This document shows positions 1 to 12,787 of a stretch of 56,019 nt of DNA, in pieces. Below the pieces are notes generated by a model that made no database searches, was not told where the DNA came from, and saw nothing but the letters and a program-made list of their open reading frames with translations. Origin of the DNA: Basidiobolus meristosporus CBS 931.73 (taxonomy: Eukaryota > Fungi > Basidiobolomycota); the NCBI GenBank assembly GCA_002104905.1, contig MCFE01000583.1, positions 1 through 56,019 on the forward strand, read 5' to 3'. The position numbers and the translations under genes were made by a program. Every line of letters starts with the position of its first letter. Position 1 is the first letter of the stretch.

Positions 1-692
1 AGCAGCTGAGCATGACTGGTAGGTGTCTTTAAATGCCTTCCAGGCATTCTTTGCTGTTTTTGCTCTTGAGGATTTAATCAGCAATTTGTCTTTGACATTA
101 CAGCAAATGCAGTTGAAGGTACTTTGTTCTTTCTTCTGGTACGTTAAGGCTTCCTCTACCATGTTTTTAGTGGGGTGTTCTTCTCCCATGACAATATCCC
201 AAAGGCCTCTTTCTTGCAGCAGCATCTTCATCTTCACCTTCCACACTTGGTAGTTAGATCCATCCAACTTTTCAGCAAAGGGAAAAATTCCAGTAATAGC
301 AGTAGTGGACATTGCAGAGAGTGGCAGCTTGGGGGTCATAACCTGTTGTAAGAGTCTTGGAGATATTGCAGGTGATTGGGATAACAAGTAGATTATGTGG
401 TTTTTGCTTAATGATTTATTGAATGTAAACGTAGTATTTATACTTTGACATAGTATCGGCATTGAAAATATGATGAATAGGTTAAGAAAGGTCCCAAGAG
501 CATGTGTACCAAGTTTGGGGCTGTTTGGATAGCCTTGAGAATTTTCATGTTCTGGGCACCTGGTATTTTGGTGAAAATATTCTCAGTAAATCCCAACAAC
601 AAATTTAGTCAGTATTCTCTACAATCTGAAGGTATTGATCTAAGTGTCTAAGTTGGGTGAATATTTAGATGTATTTACAAATTTTTACAACA
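1..692 (-). mobile_element. Ty1/copia family 1, 5' portion (gag start, PBS, 5' LTR 344-692), running off the window edge
   Basis: Collinear with 41161-41836 of the near-complete copia. LTR bounded by TGTTG (344) and CAACA (692). PBS-like GGTTATGACCCC on the minus strand directly after the LTR. Confidence 0.9.
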
Positions 693-1018
693 CCATACTC
701 CCCACCACAAAATGAAGTAGTAGAATGCTCAAACAGATCATTATTGGATATGGCAAGATCTCTGATCCATGATCAGACATTATCCTATGATTTTTGGACA
801 GAATCAGTTGCCACAGCTGTATACCTTGGAAATAGGAGTTATAATGGAATACTATGTGATTCTACTCCAGATAAAGCATGGTGTGGATACAGACCAAGTA
901 CAGAATATCTAAGAATATCTGGGTATAAAGCATATGCCAAGAAAATTTCCATAAATTAGTCAAAATTTGAGCCCAAAAGTGTAAAATACATACTTTTGGG
1001 CTACCACAATTAGAATAA
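693..1018 (+). pseudogene. Copia integrase core fragment (older host copy interrupted by other copia insertions)
   Basis: ORF 669-959 reads PYSPPQNEVVECSNRSLLDMARSLIHDQ, homologous to PYSPQQNGVAEQANRSIIDTARSMIHDQ of the 38908-41244 polyprotein. Confidence 0.85.
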
Positions 1019-3708
1019 TGTTTTAAAATTTGAAATTTTGCCTAAATATTAACCTTACTCAGTCACATAGATCATTACCTTCAAATCCTAGAAAATATTA
1101 ATCAAATTCATGGTTGGGATTTACTTAGAATATTGTCACCAAAATGCCAGATACCCAGAACATGAAAATTCTCAAATTGTCCAAACAGCCCAAACTTTCT
1201 GCACCTGTTCTTTGGATCTTCCTTAACCTATTCTACAAGTTTACTTTGCCACAATCATGCTAAAGCTTAAATACTACTTTTACACTTAATAAATCATTAA
1301 GTAAAAACCACATAATCTACTTGTTATCCCAATAATTTTAATATTTCCAAGAATCTTACAACAGGTTATGACCCCCAAGCTGCCACTCTCTGCAATGTCC
1401 ACTACTGCTATTACTGGAATTTTTCCCTTTGCTGAAAAGTTGGATGGATCTATCTACCAAGTGTGGAAGGTGAAGATGAAGATGCTGCTACAAGAAAGAG
1501 GCCTTTGTGATATTGTCATGGGAGAAGAACACCCCGCTAAAAACATGGGAGAGGAAGCCTTAACCTACCAGAAGAAAAAACAAAGTGTCTTCAACTGCAT
1601 TTGCCGTAATGTCAAAGACAAATTGCTGATCCAATGCTCAAGAGCAAAAATGGCAAAGAATGCCTTGAAGGCATTAGATGACACCTACCATTCATGTTTA
1701 GCTGGCAAGAAAATGTATCTTAGACAAAAATTCTTTACTACAAAGCTGCTGCTAGGAGAAGAAATGAGAAATCTAATCAACAGACTTACCCTGCTAGTGG
1801 ATGAGATGGATTCCGTGGGTGTACCAACTACTGATGAGGATGTGATAGTAGCCATCCTGTATAGCCTGACAGACAAGTTTCAGGGCCTTGAATCAGCCCT
1901 AGAGTCCAGAACTGAAGATTTGACCTTAAATTACATATATGAAAGGCTCCTCAATGAAGAGTTAAGAAAATCAAGTGCCAATAGGAATGAGGAAGAGAAT
2001 GCTTTAATAAGCAATGATAAACAACAAACAAGGTACCCAAGACCTTACAAAGGCAACAGCAACCTATTTGCCACTACTGCAAAGGAAAGGATACACATCA
2101 GACTGGTGTCTCAAAAAGTGAAATAATTAGCAAAAGAAGCCTGAATATGGAAATGCCGCAACAACTGAAGATAAACTTTTCATATCTGCACTAAATATGA
2201 CCACATGCAAGGACTCTCAGGCATGGCATATTGACTCTGGATCATCTCAAGTGTTTACACACCAAAAAAAACTATTTACCCTATACCAACAAATTCCAAT
2301 TTAGAAGGTTTCCATGGGTGACAATAAAATACTTGATGCAGTAGGAGAAGGAACTATCCAAGTAAATCTCAGAAGCAGTGAGGGAAGCCATACACAGAGC
2401 TTTCAAGAAGTACTCTATGTACCAGAAATAGCAAAGAGCCTACTATATGTAAGTAAAGCTACAGCAGAAGGACTCTGTTTCTGCTCTGATTCTTCTGAAT
2501 GCAGGATCACAGATCAAAATAGTTCCCATATTGCTCTAGGTATCAGAGATCAGAATCTGTATACATTGGCTCATATTCCATCATATCTGGAAGCCAATAT
2601 AAGTAACTTAAATGAAGAAACACCAATGCCTTGGTACAGGAGATTTGGACACATCAAATTTAATTATTTCTGCAAAATGATCATAGATCAGCATATATAT
2701 AGAGTAAAAATTGATCCCGCAGCTAATTTGGAGCACTGTGAGGCCTGCATATATGGGAAACAAGCCAGCCAACTGTTTAAGAGCTCTGGTCTGATCAAAA
2801 CTAAGAAAAAATTAGATCTGACTCACTCAGATCTGTGTGGACCTATGCAAAATTTATCCTGTGCAGGATGAAATATTCAATCACTTTTATTGATGATTAT
2901 ACAAGATACATGTGGGTCTACCTCATGGAGAGAAAGGAAGAAGATCTGTCCAAGCTCAGGGAGTTCCAGGCCATGGTGGAGAGAGAAACTGGCAAAAAAA
3001 ATCAAGAAAATATGCTCTGATAATGGTCAAAAATGTACCACAAAACTCTTCATCTACTTCAGAAAAATATATTGAATAAAGCAAGAGACTACTGTACCAT
3101 ACCCCCACAGCAAAATGGAGTTGCAGAAAATGCAAACAGATCAATAATGGATATGGCAAGATCTATGATCCATGATCAAGAATTATCCTATGATTTTGGG
3201 CAGAATTAGTTGCCACAGCTGTATACCTTAAGAAAAGAAGTTATAACAGATTACTTTATAATTCTGCTTCATCTTAAGTACAGTATGGATGAACACCAAG
3301 TGCAGAATATCTAAGAATATTTGGGTGTATTGCATATGCCAAGAAACCACCCAGAAATGAGTCAAAATTTAAGCAGAAAGTGTAAAATGAATATTTTTGG
3401 GCTACTGCAATGCAAGCAAAGCATACAGACTTATGAAATGCCAAAGCAAAGAAGCTAATCTAGTCCAGAGATGTGCTTTTTGATGAAAATTCAAAATTTT
3501 TGCAAAAAAATGAGATCAAATGATGACAAAAAATTGATCTCCAATCCACCAATAGAGAGGATCAAATCAAAGCAAAACAATAAAAACATTTTCACTCCAG
3601 AGGACCCTACAACTGTAGTTCAGCATGAATCAATGCCCAGCAATATGCCAGAAGTGATCATTTCAGTATCAAATGCTTGGAGATCCAACCAGACCAGAAA
3701 TAGCCCAA
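1019..3708 (+). mobile_element. Ty1/copia copy B, left part: degenerate 5' LTR 1019-1363, PBS 1364-1375, decayed Gag-protease-GAG_pre-integrase-integrase
   Basis: ORFs 1368-2126, 2314-2871 and downstream fragments align with the 38908-41244 polyprotein. Sequence stops at ...AGAAATAGCCCAA and resumes at 12147 (CAAAATACTATATCAATGAGGG). Confidence 0.9.
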
Positions 3709-3799
3709 TCCATTGAAAAATTAATGAGTTGATCCCATCAAAAGGCTGTCACAAAGCTGAAGTCCCATGACTAAGAGGTACTGATCCTGTCAGGACACC

Positions 3800-6092
3800 A
3801 TCCACATAACGCTGAAAAATAATTGCGCCCCAGATTTCACAAAAAACTGGGTCAAAGTTCTTCATCACAACAATGTATAAGTGGCTTTTAATCAGTTCCC
3901 TGCCAATTTGCTCACTTTCTAATCCTGGACTCTCTATTGCCTCCTACATTGGTGTGCATTGATTGGCTATTGCCTCTTTTTCACACTCCTTACTTCCTGA
4001 CTCAACCATTACTATTACTTTTCATGCATCCAAATTGATTTATTTCCGTTGAAACTTCAGTTGTACCTCAATTGCCAATTGTATTGACCTATACAAGTCC
4101 CTACACCCCATAATAATGTTAAGCCCAACCCCACACTCAACAAGTACCTCCATTAAAATCCTCCACTCAATAAGTATTGCTGCTGTAATGCTCTGGACTC
4201 ATGACTTTAGCAGGAATCCAACAGCTATATGCCACTGTTCATTCACTGGTTCCCACACATCCTGGTCTTCAGCTGGCACTGCATGGTCTAGCACCTCATC
4301 TGCCAGTCTTTGCAATAAATCCTTGCAATATTCCAGTGCAATTTCTTGAGCACTGCTCTTGAAGAAGTGCTGCAACCTATTGATGTGTCTATCAATGTTC
4401 TAAAACGCCACTGAAGGCATCATTATAGTTTTACAAGTACTTGATGTTATAGCCTTGTTTGTAGGAGGGATCTCCACACTGTCAACAATGGAGGTTGTGA
4501 CAGAGCCTTTTTCAGCAAGCTCATCTACCTTGCTGGAGTGTAGCTCAACTGGCTGCACTTCCAACTCTTGTGAGAGAAGCAGTTTTTGTGTTGGTAATTC
4601 CTCTTGGCTATGATGGGATTCAGTCTGCTCCAGGCTTGCAGTGCCAATAGACAAGAACTGCTGTTTTTTGGCATGGCTCCCTGTCTCAGGCTTGGGTAGA
4701 CATTTTTCCCTTTACCTTTTTCTTTATCACTACCAGGTCTTTCACTGCTACTTTGTCTGAGTGCTTCTTGTAAAGTAACACATTTTCTCCTGGATAAACT
4801 TGGCTCTGAAGCATTTGTTTTGGCCTGCATGTCCCTTGCTGGCACTCTTCTGGCAACCTGACATTTTTTTTCCGCTTGTTTTAAGCTCTCAACCATATTT
4901 GTGATGGGCTCCTGCCAAAGTGGCTGGTTATTATCACTGCCAGGTCCTTAACTGCTACTTTGACTGGGTGCTTCTTGAGAGGTACTGCACTTTTTCCTTG
5001 ATTAATGAGTGCTGGTGCATCCATGTCTGCCTGCTTGTCTCTATTTGGCACTCTTCCAGCTATCTGATGCCTCTTTGACACTTGTCTGGAGCTTTTGGCC
5101 CTGCTTGTAACAGGCTCTTGAGGAGGCAGCTGGTTTTTAGCCATGGCACCCTTGTTATTCTGCCTTTGATAATTTCTGCCATTCTTGAGATACTTTCTTG
5201 GTGTACCAATGCTGGCTCAAAGTCTACTTGCCCATTTGAATCCAGGATTATGCTCATGGAACAAGTCATGTGTATTCTGCTTGGCCTTGAGTTCCTGATG
5301 GTGCCAAGGTATGCTGGCCTTAAGGTGATGGCATACCAGACTTGTGACGGCTTTGTGTTTATTAGCCCACTCTTCATTATTGCACGCAACAGCTTCATTG
5401 ATCTTCAATGTCTTTTGATTTTTAGGCTTTGGTATAAGCACCATATTGTCTCCTTCCCACACTGTGATAGGTTTTTCTGTAGGCTTTATCTTTGGGCACT
5501 GTTGTTGTGCTTCAAAGACTGTACAGTGTTGCTCTGCTGTTACATTGGGAAATGGCTCAATTCTTGGCTGTGACATTGAGCAACTTGAGTTCCTTCTTTG
5601 CAGTAAAGATACTACTTTCTCTACCTGGGATATTGATTGCTATATACATATTATCCGCTCATCCTGTTTATGGACTTTTTCCTGATTTCTCTGTGCCATT
5701 GCATCTATCCTATCAGCCACTGCACCTAATTGCTTCATTAATGCATTGGCATGAGCTGACAGCATACTTGCTAATATGGGTGATGGTGATGTTTTCATGA
5801 CCTCTTGCTGATCTTCAACTGAGGGTACTGTGTTTGCTACATTCTCATCTGCCTGAGCATAACAGTCAGCATGTGGCTCTGCAGAGGTTCTCAATTGCCT
5901 ACTTGACCAAGAGCCTGGGGGGTCTGCATTATTACCTTCAATGGGTACACTGTCCACAGGGCCTTTTTTGGATGTAATACTGCTTGTGGCAGAGAATGAC
6001 AAAGCAAACAGTTGTTCAACTTTTCTTTTGTAGCCATCAGAGGTGGGGTTTGGTTGGGAACCAGACAACTTTGCTTTATTTTTTGGCGGCAT
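3800..6092 (-). pseudogene. CACTA second ORF (ORF2), decayed, function unknown, divergent from the transposase
   Basis: A chain of minus-strand ORF pieces (5640-6092, 5217-5576, 4881-5144, 4525-4896, 4400-4654) continues into a segment RLQHFFKSSAQEIALEYCK...EDQDVWEPVNEQW that recurs in several other copies. Confidence 0.7.
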
Positions 6093-6314
6093 ATATGTGG
6101 AAGTGAGTCAAACCAAAGGGGAAATAGTGTTACATATATGTGTGTATGTGGTGCTACAACTTTATTTATAATGCTTACTGTGGCAGGTCATCATTGAATC
6201 TTACATTCATGTAGGTGCAATGTCTCAAATACAAGACTTTCTTAAGTTCACATGAGTATGGACCAAGTAGTGATATAATAGCATTGCATTGTTGAAGGTC
6301 AAGGTGTTTGCCCC

Positions 6315-9260
6315 ATGGACAACACTACTTTGACTCAACACCATAAGAGAAGAGAAAAAAGGCCATGTGGCTATTGTGGCAAGCCTCTCAGCCATGAAGC
6401 ATATAGACAGCATCAGAGGTATTACAAGGACCACTGCCAGTGTTTTGCCACCCAAGTCATATTTGACCATTCATTGGTCACTACTGTACCAACATTATCT
6501 TGCCGGTCAGTTGATACTTCTATATTGGCACCTGGCCATCTTTGTCACCTTGCGCAAATTGAGTCAGGTGAGTTTGTGACGCCTTTGGGCTCACCTCAGC
6601 CTTCTGAATATGGCACACAGAGTGATAGCTCTGACAAAGAAGGTTCACTGATGGATTTTAAGCCTATTTCCTCTAACAACAGAACAATGTATGAGCCTAG
6701 TCAAATCCCTATAGGCAATGAGACAACACCTGTGGAGACCAATGCCAAGGATACTTTATGAAGCCAGATGAGCACAGTAATCCATCTACTGGTGAATGAT
6801 GAAATATTGTAGCTAGAGAAGTGGTGCGTTTCCTCTAATATTAGTAACAGGGGCTTTGTGGATTTCTTACTACTTATTGACAAAATCATACCCGCATGCA
6901 ACTTACCATGTACATGGGATAAGTGGACAACCATCATACAGCTGCCAACATATGATCCAGAGGGTGTCCTGATTCCAGCATGTGTCAACAGTTGCATGGC
7001 ATTCACATCCAAGAATGCTACCATTGCAACATGTCCAAATTCTCAGGAATCCACCACCATTGAGGGAAAACATTGTTCATGCTCCTGACGTATTCTGGTC
7101 ATTTTGCATCTGAGGAAGCTGATGCAGTCCAACAAATATTGCAAAGCTATACAGTACCGCACTCAGTATCAATCAAGCACAAACATATCCAATGTATTCA
7201 ATGACAAACATTACAAACAGATCAGAAGCAAGGGCTACTTTAAAGGTATGTATGTCCATGCCTTTGCTTTAGCACTTGATGGATTCTCATTAAACAAGTA
7301 GTCTACCAGCAAATCCTGCTGGCCACTGATTCTCTTCAATCTAAATCTGCCACCCTTCTTACAGTATCAGAGCAATAATCTATTGGTAGTTTCACTGGTA
7401 TCTGTGCTTAAATCACTGTCCAACCTGGATAGCTACCTGTATCCATTGCTGGATGGTTTTTGTATGCTTTCTAGCAGGATAACAGCTAATGGCCATCATG
7501 TAAAAGCGCACATTATTATCTGCATTTGAGATATCCAGCCATCAGCAAGATAGCAGGTTTTTCTGGGCGCAATGGATGGTGTTGCTGTTGAATGCGTGAG
7601 ATCCAGGGGATTTACTCCATATCTTACACATTTTATTATTACGCAAACACCAGCACTAGGAAGATCATCTTTCCACAGAGAGAGTGTGCAGAAGTCCACA
7701 TGCAATTGTAGCAAAGTTAGCAAGCTATAAGTCATCAGCTGGAATATGGAATCAATTGGAAATCAGTAATTCTTAAGATAGATGGTATCTATTAGAGCAA
7801 AAGCTTTCCACTGGGAGCAATGCATTTCCTTCTCAACAATATCCCTACACTGTTGACAAAATTGTACATGGCTCATTTCAAGCTAGATGAGCCCTTTGAG
7901 ATACTGGAAATATTTGAAAAAATTGGCAAGATATTACAGAGTATCTGCTACTCTAAGTACTTCTCATGGGCTCCAATCAATATTCATATGCATATGCAAA
8001 AATACAAATGCAAAGACTGGATGAACTGGATATGTATTTTTTCAAGTGGTGTTCTGAAGCCATTCCTACCAAGAGTACATTGGAAGCATTGGGAGTCATA
8101 TGTGGACATTGTAGGAATATTTAACCAGAAGCCAATCACCAATGCCAACTTGACGCATCTACAGCTGTTGTGTGAGGAGATTGAATGGGATTTAAGCAGC
8201 TATACTGCAAGCATAAAGTTGAACACATAGATCTCAGCTGCTACTGTATCCATTCCCTACTCCATGTTGCTTGGTGTATGGAGAATATTGGGTCTTGCTT
8301 TACCTTTTGGGAGTTTTGTATGGAGCAGATGCATGGGGAGAAAGGAAGACAGGTCAAGTTGCAGGTACTACCATATCCCAATCTCATCAAGATTATTACC
8401 TTCAAGGCTGTCATGGATGTGATGAGTTGGCACATGGAAGACAGCCAAAAAGAGTTTGAAAATACTGAGGACAAATGTGCACATGGAAGCATGTATGCTT
8501 ATGGCATTAAGAAGCTAAGCAGCCCCAAAGCATGGGTAATCAGTCAAGTAATGTAAAGTAGGGTTGGGTGCAACAAGCAACTAATTTTTATCAGGAAAAT
8601 TCTACCAAGGTATGCCAGATTTCTTATGGTCACAAGCCAACTTCTACACCATTCAATATGGAACCCACACAAACAAAAGCCAGAGCACACCTATAAGGGG
8701 GACTAGAATCCAGCAGGGAGAAGAAATATATTAGCTAAATACCAAGAAGTTCATTGCAGATATTCAGGATGTATTTATGGCAGAAGTGGCAACAACCAAG
8801 CATATGTTTGCAAGATGTATATGTAACTGGCAGTACAAGGTATATGGCAACTTTTCAAGTATCACACTAAAAAGGTGTAAAGTTGTGGTGATAGAAGTAT
8901 GTCACTTGCGGCAGGTGTGCGTGCTTGTAGAGGTTAGTAAGCAGGAGGCCATAGTTTTTTTTGATTTGAGCTATATGTGAAATACCCAAGGTAGTAGTGG
9001 GTAAGCAAATAAAGAGCAGTGATTCTACAGTCAAGTGTATGAATTGCATAAGGGGAGGTAGAAAAAGGAAATACCATTTGGTAAATTGGTATAGTAGCAT
9101 TATACAGAGCCAGCTGTAGGCTGTCATATTGCCAGTATAATGCCATCAGAGTCTTGCTGTAAGGCCATCAAAATACCGCCAAGTTTCTTGACATATAAGA
9201 CAATTGGACTTCCTGGCCAATTGGATCCACTTAAAATAGTTACAGAGTGCTAAAAGATCA
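6315..9260 (+). pseudogene. CMC/CACTA transposase (Transposase_21/tnp2-like), disrupted by stops and frameshifts
   Basis: Family-typical motifs: N-terminal CGYC..H, FALALDGF, WPLILFNLNLPP, DIPAISKIAGFSGRNG..C, MHFLLNNI, W..W..FSS. The 3' limit is approximate. Confidence 0.85.
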
Positions 9261-9359
9261 CAACAATACCATGCAAATATTGTCACAGCACCAGTAAAAT
9301 ATTTTCAAGTTTTTTCCTTTATTTGGTTGTAAAATTAGCAAAACACTGTCATGTTCCTG

Positions 9360-12020
9360 TGTTATGATCTGCCGCTTGAATGTTTAAGTTAGATCAGTTT
9401 TTAGTCAAATCAATTAGTATTTGTTTAAGTTATCAGTATATCAGTAATATCTATGAAATCAGTAGCATTAGTCAGCAAATGAATCAGCATATCCTTATCA
9501 GACAGAAATAGATATATTAAGTAGGATCTTATTGGGTGATGATGATGCAATCAAATAAGTCATCAGCCACAACCTACATTAGGAAATACAATTAGTCAGC
9601 AATTGATCTGGCAAAATGTATATAAGGAGCTGCTGGAACCTCAATAAAAATCAGTTCAAGTTTCAGTGAATACAATACTAGCTAAACTCCCTATTCCCCT
9701 ACAACTCTTATACCAAGACTTGTAACATTGGTAGCAGCAATAACCAGAAACCTCCCTCCTGAAGAAAGAAGAAGCCACCCTCAAGATGTCGGACAATCAA
9801 GAATGGAAGAATGCCAGGCAGCAAATCCTGGCCCAACAGCAACAGTTACTCCAGATCCTCAGCCAACAGCAACAAGGAATGACTACCATGGCTCAGAACC
9901 AGCAATGCCCTGTTAAGAGCAACTTTAGTGTGAAGGTCAACCGGTACCATGGCAGAGTCAATGAAAACCTGGGGACTTGGCTCTTTCAGATTGAAGAAGC
10001 TTTTAAAGCTAAAGGAATTGCTCCAGAAAGCAAGTTGCATTATGCAGCTTCTTACCTGGCAGATGCAGCTTTACAGTGCTACCACAGCAAGATCAGGTCA
10101 GCCACTATGATGGGATGCTCTACAATCTCTACCTGGGATGAGTTTGTGTTGGAAATTCAGGATGCTTTTGAACCTCCACACCAACAGACACTACTAAGAA
10201 GGAAGTTAAAGACACTCAGACAGAAAGGAATGGTTCACAAATACATCTATGAGTACAGATGTCTACTTGGACAAATTGAAAAAATGGACCCCCTGGATCA
10301 AGTTGAATACTTTATTGATGGGTTAAAAGAAAGAATTTGCAAGGAAGTGAATTATTGAAGACCTCAGACTATTGAAGAAGCCATCAAGATTGCCATTGAC
10401 TATGACTCAGCTATGTTTGGAGTTGGGAAGCCTGAAGATATCAGGAAGATAATCCGTGATGAAGCCAGCAAATTTGTAGTACAGGATAAAACACTCTACC
10501 AAATTGTTGATGGAAGCCCTATTGCCCATTACCCTTATGTTTCTTGCCTGGATGTAATACATAAGCTACACAATGGATATGGACATCTTGGGATTGAAGG
10601 AACCTATAGCCTTGTGAAAGCCAGAGCATGGTGGCCCAGAATGAAACAAGATATTGAGAAGCTAGTGAAGACATGCCCAAACTGCCAAATCAATCAAGGA
10701 CAGCCACAAAGAATTGCCAAACTCCTCCCTTTGGAGCCTGTAAGACCATTTGAGAGATGGGGAATTGACTTTATTGGGAGACTGCCAACTACCAGGAAAT
10801 GCAACCGATGGATCCTAGTAGCAATTGACCACACCACTAAATGGCCAGTTGCTAAAGCTGTACCAATAGCCAGTGAACAAGAAGTTGCAAGTTTCATTTA
10901 CCGTGAGATCCTGATGAAGTTTGGATGCCCTGTGGAGATCTTATCTGATAGAGGAGCAAACTTTATGGCAAAGACATTAGAGGCTTACCTGGAAATGTAG
11001 CAGATCAGACACTTGAAAATCTTGGCATATCACCCCAGAACTAATGGAGTCACTGAGCGGTTTAATGGATTATTTGGAATAATGCTGACCAAGTATGCAA
11101 ATGGAGTTGTCAGTAGATGGGATGAGTATATAGACTAAGCACTCATTGCATGCAGAGTCAGAGTACACAACACCACCCAGCAATCACCATTTTACTTAGT
11201 GTATGGATGTGAACCAAGGATTCCAGGATATCTCACAAAACCAAAGCTTACAGACACCTTAGAAGATGAACTCAGTCAGTCAAGTAGACACCAGCAACTG
11301 GAACAAAGACGTCAAGAGGCACAGACCAAAGTTTCTCAAAGTGCAGAAAAGATGAAGCAGAGATTTGATAAGACTATAGCACCAGAAGCATTGACAGTTG
11401 GGAACTTTGTATTGCTAAGAAACAACACTTGGAAGAAGTTTGAGCCACAATGGACAGGACCATTCAAGATCATCATAGAATGTCCATTTGCAACTTACCA
11501 ACTGGTGGACAAACAAGGCAATATCCGGAAAGACTTAGTGCATAGGGACAGACTCAAGCTTGCAAGACTTGCTGATAATACTGAACCATCAAGATATTGG
11601 TATCACAAGAAAAGAGACTCAGGAGAACCCTCTCAACTTTAGTAGGGGAGAATGTTATGATCTGCCGATTGAATGTTTAAGTTAGATCAGTTTTTAGTCA
11701 AATCAATTAGTATTTGTTTAAGTTATCAGTATATCAGTATTATCTATGAAATCAGTAGCATTAGTCAGCAAATGAATCAGCATATCCTTATCAGACAGAA
11801 ATAGATATATTAAGTAGGATCTTATTGGGTGATGATGATGCAATCAAATAAGTCATCAGCCACAACCTACATTAGGAAATACAATTAGTCAGCAATTGAT
11901 CTGGCAAAATGTATATAAGGAGCTGCTGGAACCTCAATAAAAATCAGTTCAAGTTTTAGTGAATACAATACTAGCTAAACTCCCTATTCCTCTACAACTC
12001 TTATACTAAGACTTGTAACA
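9360..12020 (+). mobile_element. Ty3/gypsy family 1, internally deleted element (LTRs 9360-9727 and 11653-12020; Gag joined to integrase)
   Basis: 368-bp TG...CA LTRs with 5 differences by hand count. 4-bp TSD CCTG. PBS TGGTAGCAG at 9729 and PPT AGTAGGGGAGAA before 11653. ORFs 9786-10358, 10413-11000 and 11199-11642 share one frame. Confidence 0.95.
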
Positions 12021-12146
12021 CCTGTCAAAAGATTGTTAGAAGTGTCACTAATTTCAAGCTGCTGGCACTATGATGGTCTCCAAGTGGGATCCTGATGGCT
12101 GTCGTGGATTGGATCCACCTGTGGGACCAAATTATCTTTCATAGGG

Positions 12147-12787
12147 CAAAATACTATATCAATGAGGGTACAAACTTAGTATATGCCAATTCAGTCCATA
12201 TTGATGCGCCAAGATAACCCCCACTTGGTCTGCAAGTCAAAATGCTTTTATATGGACTCAGATAATCACCAAGAGCCTGGAATTGCAAAATAGATTCTTA
12301 TTTGGAATCTATGAGTTTCAAAAGGAGTAATGCTGACTATAGTATATAGTGTAAGCCAGATAGAGCAAATCCAGTCCTATTAGCTCTATATGTGGATGAT
12401 TGTATTATAGCAGCCAATAACCTAGCAACATTGGAAGAGACTCAATCCAGCCTATCCAAAGAGCTCAAGATGTCCAATCTAGGAGAACTCAGTTACTACT
12501 TAGGGATAAAGTTCTCAATAGACAGAAGTGCTCAGAATATCACCCTAAGCCAATCCAAGTATATTCAAGATATACTAAAGAAGTACCAAATGGAAGACTA
12601 TAACCGGCAGCTATCCCAACAGAGACAAGCCTTAACTTGGTCAAAACTCAACCAAATCAAGTGAGCTTAGCACCATCTGAAAGCCCTTACTTTCCTTATT
12701 AGTCTATAGTTAGCATCCTGATGTATATCATGCTTGGAACACGTCCTAACGTCTGATAATCAGTGGGAGTTGTCAGCCTGCATAAAT
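12147..12787 (+). pseudogene. Copia copy B continuation (reverse transcriptase fragments with internal deletion)
   Basis: YYINEGTNL followed by LYVDDCIIAANNL...ELKMSNLGELSYYLGIKF, homologous to ORF 37963-38745. Confidence 0.85.

Larger units (their letters stand above)
3709..12146 (+). mobile_element. Complete CMC/CACTA (EnSpm-like) DNA transposon, about 5.8 kb after removing the nested gypsy
   Basis: Left end TCCATTGAAAAATT aligns to the better preserved terminus CCCTATGAAAAATT (reverse complement ending at 36869). Right end reads ...CTTTCATAGGG. CAA is duplicated at 3706-3708 and 12147-12149, and the flanks rejoin into continuous copia sequence. Confidence 0.85.
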
